DNA from: Fimbriosthenelais zetlandica
Lineage: Eukaryota
Direction of reading: 5' to 3'
NCBI GenBank assembly: GCA_977030845.1
Contig: OZ365114.1
Span: 10,912,001-10,976,000 of the forward strand
Length of the DNA: 64,000 nt
This document shows positions 45,756-58,435 of the stretch, in pieces. A model generated the notes under the pieces. The model saw only the letters and a program-made list of their open reading frames with translations, was not told the origin of the DNA and did no database searches. Both the position numbers and the translations under genes were made by a program. The first letter of the stretch is position 1. The number at the start of each line of letters is the position of its first letter.

Positions 45756-47483
45756 TACACAAATTTATAATGGATATCGGAGAAAAGTATGCAATGAAGA
45801 CATTTCAGCGGGGGACAGTTTGACGAGGGAAAGAATAAAATCTAGAAATTTGAAAACGCAATTGCCATACATGATAGTAGGCCCTACTAGAGGTCGTGCA
45901 CCCTACAAGACAGATAAACTATGAACAATATCATAATGAGCGTATGTTTTACTAAGTATAGACCTTGTTCAATACTTGATTATTTTAACCAGTCCATCCC
46001 ACCATCTTTAGATCAATATTGCCATGTTTTGCCTACAGCTACCTGCATGTGGTCTATATAATCTGTATAGGTAGGAGTTATATATGGCATGTTTATAAAT
46101 ATCTTATATGACGTAGATTCCACTATTATTATATTGCTATTTATTCCACTATAATATCCCAATTAAATGTCAATAGTTTTTTGTGTTTTTTTGTGAATTG
46201 CGATATGGATGAATATCAGAATGGACTGAGTGAGTGGACACTAATTAAATTTTGTTTAACAGCCAGTGGACAATTTCTCAGCAGGAGTAGGAAATATGCT
46301 CTTGGCACACAATAGCCTGCTCTTCTCGAACGGCAGCTCTTTTCCATGGACCTCAACACATATTGGAGGATATTGCTGGTCTTGTACATGCGTCATGACA
46401 AATTGAGAGGGAGGATACATGGCTGGTCTTTTACATGTAACATGCCTCTCACCACAAACTGTGGGTGGCACGGATATCCCAGTTAGCAGCACTGAGTACT
46501 CAGAACTGAACATATAGGACCTCCCACATTGGTCAGGATTGTATAAATGCATAGATCTATTATTATTAATCAGGGGAATAGCTACATTAAATAAAGATAA
46601 GTTTTACCATTAGGAGCACCCACTACTGATAATTCTCTGCACCCACATGGCCAATCCAATCTATATAAACCACAATTCCCCTCGGCATATTATCCCAAAT
46701 GGACTTTGAACATCAACCTCAAATATTTCACAAAATATGTGAAAAAGTATACAGTTTATGAACCAAAAAAATGTACTCTATTCCAAATACATGTATTTCC
46801 TTCCAAACTTCAGTATTATTTGGTCACTCTACAATGATGTTCTATAGAAAATCATCATTGTCAACACGTGTGACCTATAATTAATGTCAAAGGTCAATGT
46901 AGAGATGATTAGCCCCATTTATAGAGTCATGACCTTATATAGAAATAGCTGTCTGGGGGTTTGACCTATATTTAGCTAATGTTAGAAAGGGCAAAAGTAA
47001 TATTTTGACGACATGAATCATTTCTATGGCAACTCGGTTCTTTTTTCTTTTATTTTATTAAATTTCTCAAACTTGTACATGATTTTATTCCTTTAATTAA
47101 TTTTTGATATTTGATTCTGTTTCATGATTTTTTTCCGAGCTATTATTCCGAGTTGAGAATGACAAAAGTCAAGCCTTCAATTGTTCTCGAGTAGATACTT
47201 TACCACATTTGTATAATTTTATAGCTATATAATCTTCGTTTTATTATTTCTGAAATCCAGCCAAGCCGCTTTCAGTAAACATAAGTCATTGTGACATGGC
47301 CACTTGGCTTCTGTCTTTATTGTGTGGATTTTGGCACACGCCTCCTATCTAAATCAAGATTGAAAACTTTACTCTACACATGATTCCCATAAGCTTTAGG
47401 GAAAATTATCCTATGAGCTTATATAATTTTGTTTTTGTTGTTCATCACTCGTATCCGAGGGTAAGTTCAAGAAGATAGATAAT

Positions 47484-47652
47484 TGGGGACATTGCATAAT
47501 CGCATTCATGAGCCCTTCCGAATCCTTATTTTCAAGAGAACAGCTTGCAGAATCTGGCATGCATAATGCATTCTAAAAGCATTCACGCTAGATTCTGCAA
47601 GCTGATCACTTGAGAAACAGGATTTTAAGTGCTCATGAGATTATGCAACACA
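47484..47652. mobile_element. Fold-back MITE family A, full copy
   Basis: TTGCATAATC / GATTATGCAA ends; CAGCTTGCAGAATCT / AGATTCTGCAAGCTG 15-bp perfect arms. Confidence 0.8.
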
Positions 47653-49414
47653 TGAAATAAGCTCGCAGAGAGACGGCATATATATACGATGAATTGACAG
47701 TAGACTGTGGTGGTTCGAGGCCCAGTTTAAGATAGGAGGTAGGGTGGTAGTCTCGCTCCAAGACATAAATTTAATTGTTAAAAACTTGCGAACTTTTGAA
47801 TTGGCCCCTTATAAGGAATATTTGAGTTGGATGAGCCAGAGCTATATCATTATATTAACAGGCTGCATGGCCTTGTCGGTGGCACCAATTACTATCTGTA
47901 TAATGAAATACCAGCTCTCCAGGGTATAGGTGCCTGGATGTGTCTATCTACAGGTATCAGTGCTAATTGGTTGGAGAACTTATTAAAAAGTTTTAATACT
48001 TTAGGGTATTGCTCCAAAGTAATGCTCCAAGGTTATTCATTCAATGTGGCAAAATATAGGCCTACCCTCGCTGATATCCAGGACCATGATACCTGGTACT
48101 TTGTCAGCCCAGAGAAGATGAGATTTTCTAAGAAAACAAATTTCATCATTTTTTCAAGGACATTTCCATGAGTGTGACCGGTTATGGGGACACGATTGAT
48201 CGGTTTTTAGATTTCCAGGACATTCTAGGACTGTCAATGAGTATAAACCCTAGTATAGAATGATTATTGGAAAAGGTTAAAAAAATATAATACGTAGGAC
48301 CGACGGTATTATCCATTTAAGTAGACAAGAGGCCCACACATTGTGAGGTGGCGAGTTGGTTAGAGGAGGAAATACCATTTTATCTATGACAGCTTCCCTC
48401 GCTTCCTCCTCCCCTCTCCACCCTCACCGCACCAACTATAGGTCTTCAAGCTAAAAAGGTCATCATGTAGGATCCAAAAGTGGTCAAAAACTGACATCTT
48501 ATTTATGTGACAAACAGAAGGTGGGTAGATCGCACTTTCACAAGTGATGTTTCATCAATGAGTAAATTGAAAGTGTGTCTGTAATTTCTAGGTTAAAAAT
48601 ATCATTCCTTTACAGGATATAACAGCCTTTGAATGTAAAGGAGGGACATAAATTCAAGGACATGGTCGGTTAAATCTTGAGTAAATTATCATTTTACTCT
48701 CAGGTTAAATCAATTTAAACCAGAAAAAGTCAATATTTTTGAGAAAAAAAACTAAACCTAACATAAAATTGACCAGAGGGCATAAATGAACTAAAGAGAA
48801 CATTTCATAGTTAACAGGCATATAGCTATAGTGGTGCCAAATCACTCAATACATCATTCACAACCACTGGACTCAGCTATATAGTTTTCCCATGCTGCTG
48901 ACCATTACTATAGCCTCCCTCTACCCGTTAAGCTGAAGTGATTGATGGTCAGTGATGACCTTTGACCTCATGCATTGTTTGTGAGGTGGGTAAGGTCATT
49001 GTAAATCACATTATCTTCACTTCTATGTTAATCCTCAACAAATAATGGGGTCCTATCAACAGGGAAATATATATATGGGCTCACTGACATATGGACATGG
49101 TCTATCAAGGATATCTTTATTATTTTCATAGCAGGCTTTCATCTGCATGATCCTACTTTTTTAAGCTTCCTCATACTTTTCCTTAAAATACCATGGGCCC
49201 AGACATGGTGAAAAAATTCAATTCAAAGAAGGATATAGGCTTCCACAGTTGGTAGCCTAATATGGCTTAAAATGATCAATACCATTCCATAGTCCCTCAA
49301 ATTCCTTTGATTGGGTAAATAAAGACTAATGCGTTTTGGGCAATAATTTGGTTAACAAATTAGGTTGGGCCCGCTCGTCAAACTGCACAAGTTTTAGCAA
49401 GATATCGTCATATT

Positions 49415-49482
49415 ATTCACTTGAAAAACAACAGCCTTTGCAAGTGTTCCTGTGTTTATGCAATATGATTATGCAACATCCC
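49415..49482. mobile_element. MITE family A, right-end remnant
   Basis: TCACTTGAAAAACA...GATTATGCAACATCCC. Confidence 0.45.
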
Positions 49483-50142
49483 CACAGCAGCATAATTGAC
49501 AAAGAACATAGAACTATGAGTTGAGATGATATCTATAGGTAAACATATTGATATTCCAGTCTATAATCCATGTCCTATCTATGGGATAAGTAATTGGCAA
49601 TACAAACATGGTAATCAATAGACGGCAGGGTATAGGGGATGCGATAATCGTCTCACTGTCAGATATTGGATGTCTGCTCATCTAGACTACTATAGAGCCA
49701 GCTCGTCAGATGGCAGGAGGTGTGGGGAAGGAAGCATCAAGATGCAAATTTAATATCACACAATCTTGTATGACTTAAAATTTGTTGTACTTGATTAATT
49801 AGTCATTATGACATTAATTAGTCAAATAATTTCGGTACTGCTACCGCAGTTTTAATTCTCGAAATTTGTCTGTACATTTCAGGAATTTTGGCGGGGATAA
49901 GGGGTATTTGTTGGGTAAGATGTGAAAATAAAACGCAGTGAAAATTTAGCGGAGTGAAGGAAAAGGGTAATATATGGAGATGTGAGACTGGGAGGTGGAT
50001 GGGCAGGGTTGTCTGAAGCTCGTCGATCTCATATAAATACTGAATGATGGGTCGTGATTGTCCTATCATCATGGATATAATACTGTGTACACTATTCACA
50101 GAAAGTTGGGCAGAGATGACAATACCATTCTGGATTCCTTAC

Positions 50143-50203
50143 AGGGGTAGCTCCCTACAGGGGATTTTATGCTACAAATGTAACTGCACTAGCAGGTGCT
50201 TGC
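50143..50203 (+). mobile_element. Family B remnant
   Basis: GGGGTAGCTCC juxtaposed to GTAACTGCACTAGCAGG; internally deleted or rearranged. Confidence 0.5.
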
Positions 50204-50817
50204 TTTACCTATATGTCAATTGTTCTCTTTTTGCGATTGGTTTGCAGATTATAGCAGTTGAGGACTTTTCCACAATTCAAGAGGCAAAATTACTATCCTA
50301 GCAAAAAGGAAAGTTTATTATTCGACATTGCAGAGGAAATTTACAGCAACATCCAAGAGGAAACAGGCTATCATTTCTTAGACCTGCTCTTCTCGGTTGG
50401 CAGCAATGGATCTTTTACGACATTCTGCCCTTCAACACAGATGGTAGTAAATACAACGGAAATTGGGAGAAAAAAAAAAATGTGAGGTGTGGGAGGAATT
50501 TGACAAATTTGTAAAGATTTGTGCACCAGATGCCTGCAGGACTTGGTTGGACCCATGCAGGGAAACAAAATACTTTAGAAGTAGAAAGCAAATACATACT
50601 TGTATTCATATCCAACAAAAGTCTCAAATATCACCGGACAAAAATGAGGATGCACTTTTTGAACAAAATCTTCCCACGTCCTCGAGTCAATTATCATCTG
50701 TTGTCCAACATGATACATGATAGGTACAACTTTTTAAAAAGTGCAAAAAACAAGTGCTCGGATTGCTCACCTTGTTGCCACTATTCCCCTGAGGAGGGAA
50801 TAGTGGCAACAAGGGGA

Positions 50818-50820
<3 letters not shown>

Positions 50821-50874
<54 letters not shown>
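50821..50874. repeat. (AG)27 microsatellite
   Basis: Perfect dinucleotide run. Confidence 0.97.
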
Positions 50875-50877
<3 letters not shown>

Positions 50878-51683
50878 AAGGGAGAAGGACTGAGAGCGGG
50901 AGAGAGGATGACTGTTTTATTTTTTATTGTCCATCGTTCGTGTTTTCGTCAGCGTATATTGGATGTGTATGTACATAAGGTGGCCTAGATTCAGGACACA
51001 GCCCGGTGACATGTCAGCCAAATCACATAGATGTAAAGCCAAGAAATAAAACACAAAAAATACTCGACAACATATGGGAGAGGAGGAAGAGAGGGAGGAC
51101 CCAAGGGCTAATGTACTGAGACATGGGGCGGGAGTCGTAGATGAAATAAATCGTACAGAGGAAAGGGTGTAGAAAGGGTGGAGAAAATGGAGGAGAAAGG
51201 ATGAACAAAATGGAGGGGAAAAGGGTGGAGGAAATGGAGATCAAGACCAAATGGAAGGTAAAGAGTAAGGGAAAGATCTCGGGAAGTGAAGCGAAGGAAG
51301 AATGGAATGCTTTAAATATAACTTTTAAAAATAGTTTAACATTATTTCAACATTCAGTTAAGGTAATAAAACAAACACTATAGATGTATTCTATGACTCT
51401 GTGGCCCATAAATGCCTTATATTCGTTTCAAGGAAGATACTAGATGTCTTAAATCTGTTGTGTATGACAGACATTCAAGGATGAGAGAAGGGATGTATTA
51501 TGGAGGAGGGAAGTTGGATTTAAAATCTCCAGTCATCAAATGATCTTAATGCACAACACTGACAGCAAGCTTCCATATATCAAAGTCTACATGATAATAT
51601 CAAACGTATAGAAATTATAGTCGCTAGATTAAATGGCCTGGACCCACTAGGCCGATTTTCCACCCAAAGACAGTTAATAAAAT

Positions 51684-51795
51684 GGTTGTTGCATAATCTT
51701 GTGAGTGAGAACTCATAAACCACGTTTTTCAGTTCCAAGTGAACAGCTTGCAGATACTGGTAAGAATGTACATGTATTTGGAATACATTATCAAA
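51684..51795. mobile_element. MITE family A, left half
   Basis: GGTTGTTGCATAATC...CAAGTGAACAGCTTGCAGATACTGGTAAGAATGT...TATTTGGAATACATTAT. Confidence 0.7.
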
Positions 51796-53312
51796 CACGT
51801 AATCATTCGGAAAGGTAACAAAATCGCCCGACTAAATCTGCTAGACTTCAGATGGAAAATCAACTGAGTGGGTTTGAATCTTCACATGTATACAATGTAT
51901 TCACGTAAACATAAATTCCGCATTTATAAACACCCACAATTAATCACCCTATAAATCTCTGGTCTATCACTACCCCGACCCCTATAGGCCACTCAATCAT
52001 ACACATTGTACACCCCGCCCCCACCCCCAACCCCCCACACCCCATCCACATTCCATTACCCCATCCACACTATACATTACATAGAGGGCAAAACATGGAG
52101 GGATGCAATGTAACTTGGATGCTTTGTCTTCTTTCATCTTTGGAAATCCTGGCTTGTGACAAGTTGCAAAATGGAGATATTCACTAGCGATGTACATCAA
52201 AGGTTTTTATGGGGAGACCGGGGTAGGGTTTAAAAGTTAAATCTATTGAGAATCTTTCAAACTATTGGCTGACTGAACGTCAACATAGGGTCTAGTTAAC
52301 TGCAAGTGAAATGTAAATCTCTTCAGTGAACCCTGTATTATTATCACCCTGCCAAATAAATATAATTCAATTGGACACATTTTCTTCAATGATCCATTTT
52401 TCTGAGTTCAATTTTAAAATAAAAGATTATGGTATTTAATAGTTACCAATTTGGATGTTTTGAACAAACTGACTACAAAGAACACAACATTCTTGAGCGA
52501 TCCAAGGGAACTAGTTCCACCAATAATTTGGCTTAAGAAACATTTTAGTGAAGAAAGATAAGAACAGGTGAATTTAAACATAAAATACAACAAACCAATG
52601 GCTATATAGGCATGTTATTTTGCTCAGAAGTGCCCAGTTCTTCCTTTGAGGCATTAATATGATGCATACACATACGTGTAAATTAAGTACATGGAGGGAA
52701 GGTCTGGGTTTCCATGATCTTAGAGTGCAGGATTGGCTATAGATGTGTTATCTAGCAATGCCCTGGGGGAGACAGAGACACCATGATGATTCTGCGCATG
52801 GGAAAGGTCCCAAGAACATGTCAATAGAGTAGAGGGAGATAGGAAGCACATGTCGGGAGCGTGTGAGATATGATTAGTGACATGTACTCAGTTATGCTTG
52901 GCACTGGATCCCATACCACGCCCAGTGTTACAGAGATCAGGGGTTGGGGGGGTCCTAGAGTCCATTCCCATTTTAGAGATTTCATAGAACCCTCAGCCAA
53001 CAAGCTCAGGTAGAAGTAGTTTTCCTCTTGTCTGGATGTAGAAATGTGTCTACAGTAAACTTAGCAGGTCATATAGGAGTGAAAGGAAGGGGGGGGGGGG
53101 GGTACAGGGGTTTTGGAAGGGGGGATGGACACTTAAACAGGGGATAGAGATATCGATAACAATAAGGTGAGGGAAGAGAGATAGAGGCAGAGAGACAGAT
53201 TTTTCAAGATAGTACCAAGTAGAATACAAGTTTTCTCAGCGGAAAATGTAGCCTAACCTAGTAAGTTAGCTCGATAATTTTGAACTAACTATTCTGAAAG
53301 CATGGTCCACAG

Positions 53313-53360
53313 CTGGGACCGTTTTCATAAGCAAATACTATTTTATGAAATTGGTCCCTG
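53313..53360. mobile_element. 48-bp mini-MITE (essentially two TIRs)
   Basis: CTGGGACCGTTTTCATAA / TTATGAAATTGGTCCCTG around a 12-bp spacer. Confidence 0.55.
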
Positions 53361-53607
53361 GCTGGTCTAATTCTGGTTGTCATGGGGTCAAAATCTGACG
53401 TCATCACCCGAATCCTGACCTGACGTTTGTTTGAAGTGACATGAAGTGGGTGGGTGGGTGTAGACATGATAATCTAACATGTACATGTATTAGTACATGT
53501 GTAAGTTTACAATACAATAGCATGTCATGGCTACACATGCATGTAGGGAATCATATTATCCTGTCATATTCCCATACATTCTTAAACAGCTTACTTCAGA
53601 GTTAAGG

Positions 53608-53760
53608 CTGCACTAGTAGGGGTTTGATATTTGCGAGGGTTGCCTAGATTGTGCTCTATTTGTGAGTGGTATGGCAGATATGGCAGTTGAGGGCATAGAC
53701 AATTCAGTCGCAAGGGTTAGCCAACAAAATCGCAACACTCACAAGGCAAAAGAACCCCGT
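53608..53760 (+). mobile_element. Family B copy
   Basis: CTGCACTAGTAGGGG...TATTTGCGAGGG...GTGCTCTATTTGTGAGTGG...GATATGGCAGTTGAGG...CAACAAAATCGCAACACTCACAAGGCAAAAGAACCCC. Confidence 0.78.
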
Positions 53761-56700
53761 TCAAGGCACATCATGGCAAAAACATCTCTGGACTTAAAGA
53801 TGTATTAATTATTTGGCAATTGTTTAAAAAGTGTTCCTCAAAGAGTCCCTAGCTGCTACAAATGCGCTGGGACATTTAGAATTCCTACCAGAAGGGGCAG
53901 AACTTAAAATATTCCCCCAAGCTTTGACCTAAAAATATCCAACACAGTTGAAAAGTGAATATTTCCCAAAGTTGTTGTCACATGTTGACAGGCATTCATA
54001 GCTCATCCTTTGATGTGTAGCCAACACCAACAGCCTGCTGCTGCCATGGTGGAGGCAGTTATAAACTATATGATGAATGGCCATACCAGGCCTGGCTGTC
54101 ATGATCGGTTCTCCTACTGTCAGATATTTCTACCATTATTGTGTTACATGGGAGGTGGTAACGTCAAGATTTATTCAATGGTTATCAATATAGGGCAATG
54201 TAAGACGACCATAATGTATAGGCATTCATATTCAGGGTTCATTTCATTTTCCAGGTACAGTACAGTAAAGTTTTATTTTCAATTTAGATTTCGAAAAGTT
54301 TTGGAACGCTTCTTTGGTAGCAAAACATCCTAATCAACGGGGTTTCCCCATTCTATTTAGAACGTGATAAGAGTTGGAACCAAACAAATAAGTTTTAGTT
54401 CCTTAATGGAAACATAGGCCATAAACTAATTTTTAGTTTTAGGAGTCCATCCCATTTCAAATTTGGAGAAGAATTCAAAAGTGCATTGAACAATGTATTC
54501 ATAAATCTTAGTTGAAATTTGAAACCTAATTTCTATCAGCACTCACTGGCCCACACTTTACATTGGTACATGTATGTTTAAAACTAAACCTACCACCCCA
54601 CCCATGAATTTATGTTCCCCATCTCGTTCTTGTTCGATGCCAGAACGATATTGGTAGTGTCAGTTTCGACATCCACCAGATAACATAAGAGTTGAGGAGA
54701 ACATGACGATAAGACTGCCGAAAAACGTTACTGTCGTTATCCAGTGTCGTTATCCAATGTCGCAAAAGTTACCATGACAACGAGCTGATAGATGCAGTTA
54801 AAAGAAACAAAGTAACACAGTTCAGCACGGTGGCTCCTATAATAGTTTTGTATTAAGAGATATGGGACTGACAATAAAGAGAACTTGACAGAGATGTTTT
54901 GGGAAGTAACAGAGATATCTCTATGTGTGACATAGTATCAGAAGGTCAGGTCAAGATTTGGGTCAAGGTCAAAGTAAGGTCAAATGACATGGTTTTATTT
55001 ACATCCAGGTCAAAGGGCATAGTTTTGTTTATATTTTGTGTTTAGATAGGGTTATAATTGACCATTGTTTATAGAATGACCATCAGATTGAGGCTGGGCA
55101 CACAACCTCGGTGGCCCAAAATGATAAATGTACAATGTAACCTGTAGCCTACAGTCGAGGCCAATAAAACTGGTACTTTATTCCATTTTCGTCGAAAAGT
55201 CTAAAAGAATTTCAAAGAAGCAAGTAGAAAACCGTCGTTTCAAACATCACAGAAATCTCAAAAAATGTCAACTAGCTTCAGAAAAGTTGCATCTCTGATA
55301 TGAAATTTCATGAAGATTAAGAAATCCTATGTCCATGACAACCTCAATGCCAGCAGTACTAAAGCTTCAGCGCGAAATCAAGGCTGACATCCAGGCCCTG
55401 TAATCCGGCATTACAGGGTTAGATTACAGGGTTTCCATGTCACCAGAGCCAATGAGAGCGCCATGGGCGTCGTGATTGGCGTCAGGGTGACGCCTCTAGA
55501 GCTGTCTGATGGCGTATTAGATGGGCAGCTAGTGGTGGTGATTGGCAATGGTGTATGGTATCAGTATGGGGGGATTAAGGGGGTGTGGGGGAGCCTTCTA
55601 CAGTGGGCACTCAATAAAACGCCAAATCCACATTACATATAGCTTAAAAAGAGGCTGGTGTTGCTCCCAGGATTATGTACTTCCCCCATGGTCGGTGATC
55701 GGATGGGCAAATGCTGACATACTGATGGAAAATGTCGAAGTGGAAGTGGTTAGTTGTTCTAGATGAAACCACTGAAATATCTGGTACCTTTGGGCATGAA
55801 AATTGTCAGTCGAATATCCAACAGATAACTGCCTAATATGGGACTGGAGGGATTGTGGTCAGATAACGGAATGGTCGCTTTAGTGAGGTGGTTGATAAGG
55901 GAGTCTTGGCTGTACTCGTAATCATTGCTATTTCAGCCAGTAAGCTCTGATACTTCCACTTATCATGTTTATATTTATACTGAAGGACTTTACATTTAGA
56001 CCCAATTCAAAACAACTTTTAAAATCTAAACAATCTGAAGTAGATAACCTATTATCTACTTCCATAATGAATAAACATTAGAAAAGTTTAATGATAAGCT
56101 TTCTTCCACCAATCTCATACCCTTATATTTAGATTCATGAAATTACGTTTTTATCAAGACTAAAAGCAAGCAAAATCGGAGGACAGGAACTAATTTTCTT
56201 AGCTATAAAAGAAAGCGATAGTAAATGCATGAATAATCTAGAAATACCATCTACGTGTCTGCAGATAGAGATTTCCCAAGAAAACAGGGACCAGTCTGTC
56301 TCACTTAGCTTAACATATTAGGTCAATTAGGTCATTGTGACCTGATTCTCACCCAAGACAATGGACGTCTGTATTCATTAGGTACTTCATCACGTGATCG
56401 TTTAGCCCCATTCTCCTCTCACCCCCTCATAACGCATTAAATAACCATCATAATAATGAATCCACTGTATTTACTTGTCATTGATTGACTCTTCATGTTA
56501 TAAATATTCTATTTCTGGAACCTTTGAACACAATTATTAATAGTACTTACCATCTCAGGTATCCATTGTATACATTGGTACTCAATTTATATAGCAGTTG
56601 AGGTTCGAATTCTGTAGGTCTTTGATCTATTAGGATCTCTTAAAGACAGAAAGCAATGAGAGGAATTGTGTATGTCCTTTCGCAAGGTTCCCATTGACAT

Positions 56701-57287
56701 TTCAAAGGAACAAAACTCCCTCGTTTTTTCAACTTAAAATGATTGTAATCTGAATCTACAGTATTTCCATCTCTGATACTAAGCCATGGTTGTTGTGAAA
56801 GTATTCAACAGAGCCTTTTCAGAGTTCTGTTTTTTTGGATAGGAAATAATTCATATACAGTGGCAATGCTTGCTACTTGTAGCCTCGTTCCACAATCATT
56901 GGGCCTGCCACAGAACAAAAAACTAAATTACAAATTCCCATGAATATCAGATGATAATGGTTCCCATTGTAATGTGCAAACCACTCATAACTTCAGACGA
57001 CTCTTCAAATTCAAGGATGACACACTTTAGAACCTCATTTAATTGTTAAGAAAGCACCATCAAGACTCATTACTTATGATGAAATATTTGTAAATGATCA
57101 ACACAAGCCTGTCTAATGAAGCATCAACATATCAGTGTTAGGACTGCTTCCATCGTTAATTCATGGCAGATGTCCATACAAGGTGATAGAATTGACATGA
57201 ATGTGCATGAAAGATTCATGTATTTCTGGTTAATGGTGAGTGTATGGGAGTGAGAGCAATCTCGGTTTGGCACTGCTGGCGTCGTAA

Positions 57288-57522
57288 GGTCCCCACACAC
57301 TGGAGGCGTGCGCGAATCTCTGTCGTTCGAGTATGAAATTTCAATCGCAGCCGCATCAAATCCGGACGCATATCTCAAAATGTTTTTATCCAAATGCTCC
57401 GACGATGCACCTACCTTTTTGGACGCATACGTTGAATAAACCGCGCGCCTTTGCAGCAATGCGTTTGCATTTCATTCGTATGCGTTTCAATTTTGGCCCT
57501 CGGACGCCGCCAATGTGGGGCT
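57288..57522. mobile_element. CpG-rich MITE-like element
   Basis: Imperfect TIR CCCCACACACTGGAGGCGT / ACGCCGCCAATGTGGGG; internal GACGCAT / ATGCGT motifs. Confidence 0.55.
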
Positions 57523-58355
57523 ATATAGGAGTGGGATCCATCACTGTTTGACACTGTAGGGTGTATGGGTATGTGAGGTGTATATATTATGTATGTGAGG
57601 GGGGTGGTAACACGCTATATGGGCTATATAATACCCGTTTACTGACCAGTATTTGGGTTTACAGGCTTCCCTTCCGTAACCAGGCCCTTCATAGACTTGC
57701 TAAGTTCTGGGGTAATTTTTCTATTAAATGGAAGAGGCCCCAGATGAATTCAATGAACAGTTGCTCTTCTCAAAGGGCAGTGATGGGTTATATGACTTCT
57801 TTAGACACATGGCTGGCCTTCGATATCTCAGTACAAAATGCACTAAGAACAAAGTATTTTGTCCACATCCTCGGGGTATAGGCATGTCTAGCCTTTAGGT
57901 TTGTGAGGGCAAGGAGGTTAAAAGGTGGCATTAATGTATATTTGGGATTTAGGGTTACAATACTCGGGTCGCAATCCAAATATCACAGCTTTAATGTTAG
58001 GCTAGAACTGCGCAGTAGGGGGGATTTATTTTCTGCGCTCATTTCGAAAAGATCGGAATCTTTGAAGGAATTGATCATTAAGAATGACTTACCAGTTGGA
58101 AGATTTTTAGATTGAAGAGGCGAAATTAATCTTCTATGGTAAAATCCAGAGATCTGAAAGAGATAGAGATGAATTATTGAGGTGTACTCAGTGAATAAAG
58201 AAAGTAAAATGGGTGCTGACAGATAGGGACAGGGAGGGAAGACAGATGTGGTCTCAACAAGACGCTTATCTAACGGGTGGTTGAATAATACAATATCGAC
58301 AATCTGACTCAGTGATTTCCCGTTATTGGTAATTAATTTAAACAAAACGTAATTT

Positions 58356-58435
58356 GGATGGATGGATGAATGGATGGGTGGATGGATAAATGAATGAATG
58401 AATGAATGAATGAATGAATGAATGAACGAACGAAC
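58356..58435. repeat. Compound microsatellite (GGAT)n-(GAAT)n-(GAAC)n
   Basis: Direct reading. Confidence 0.95.
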
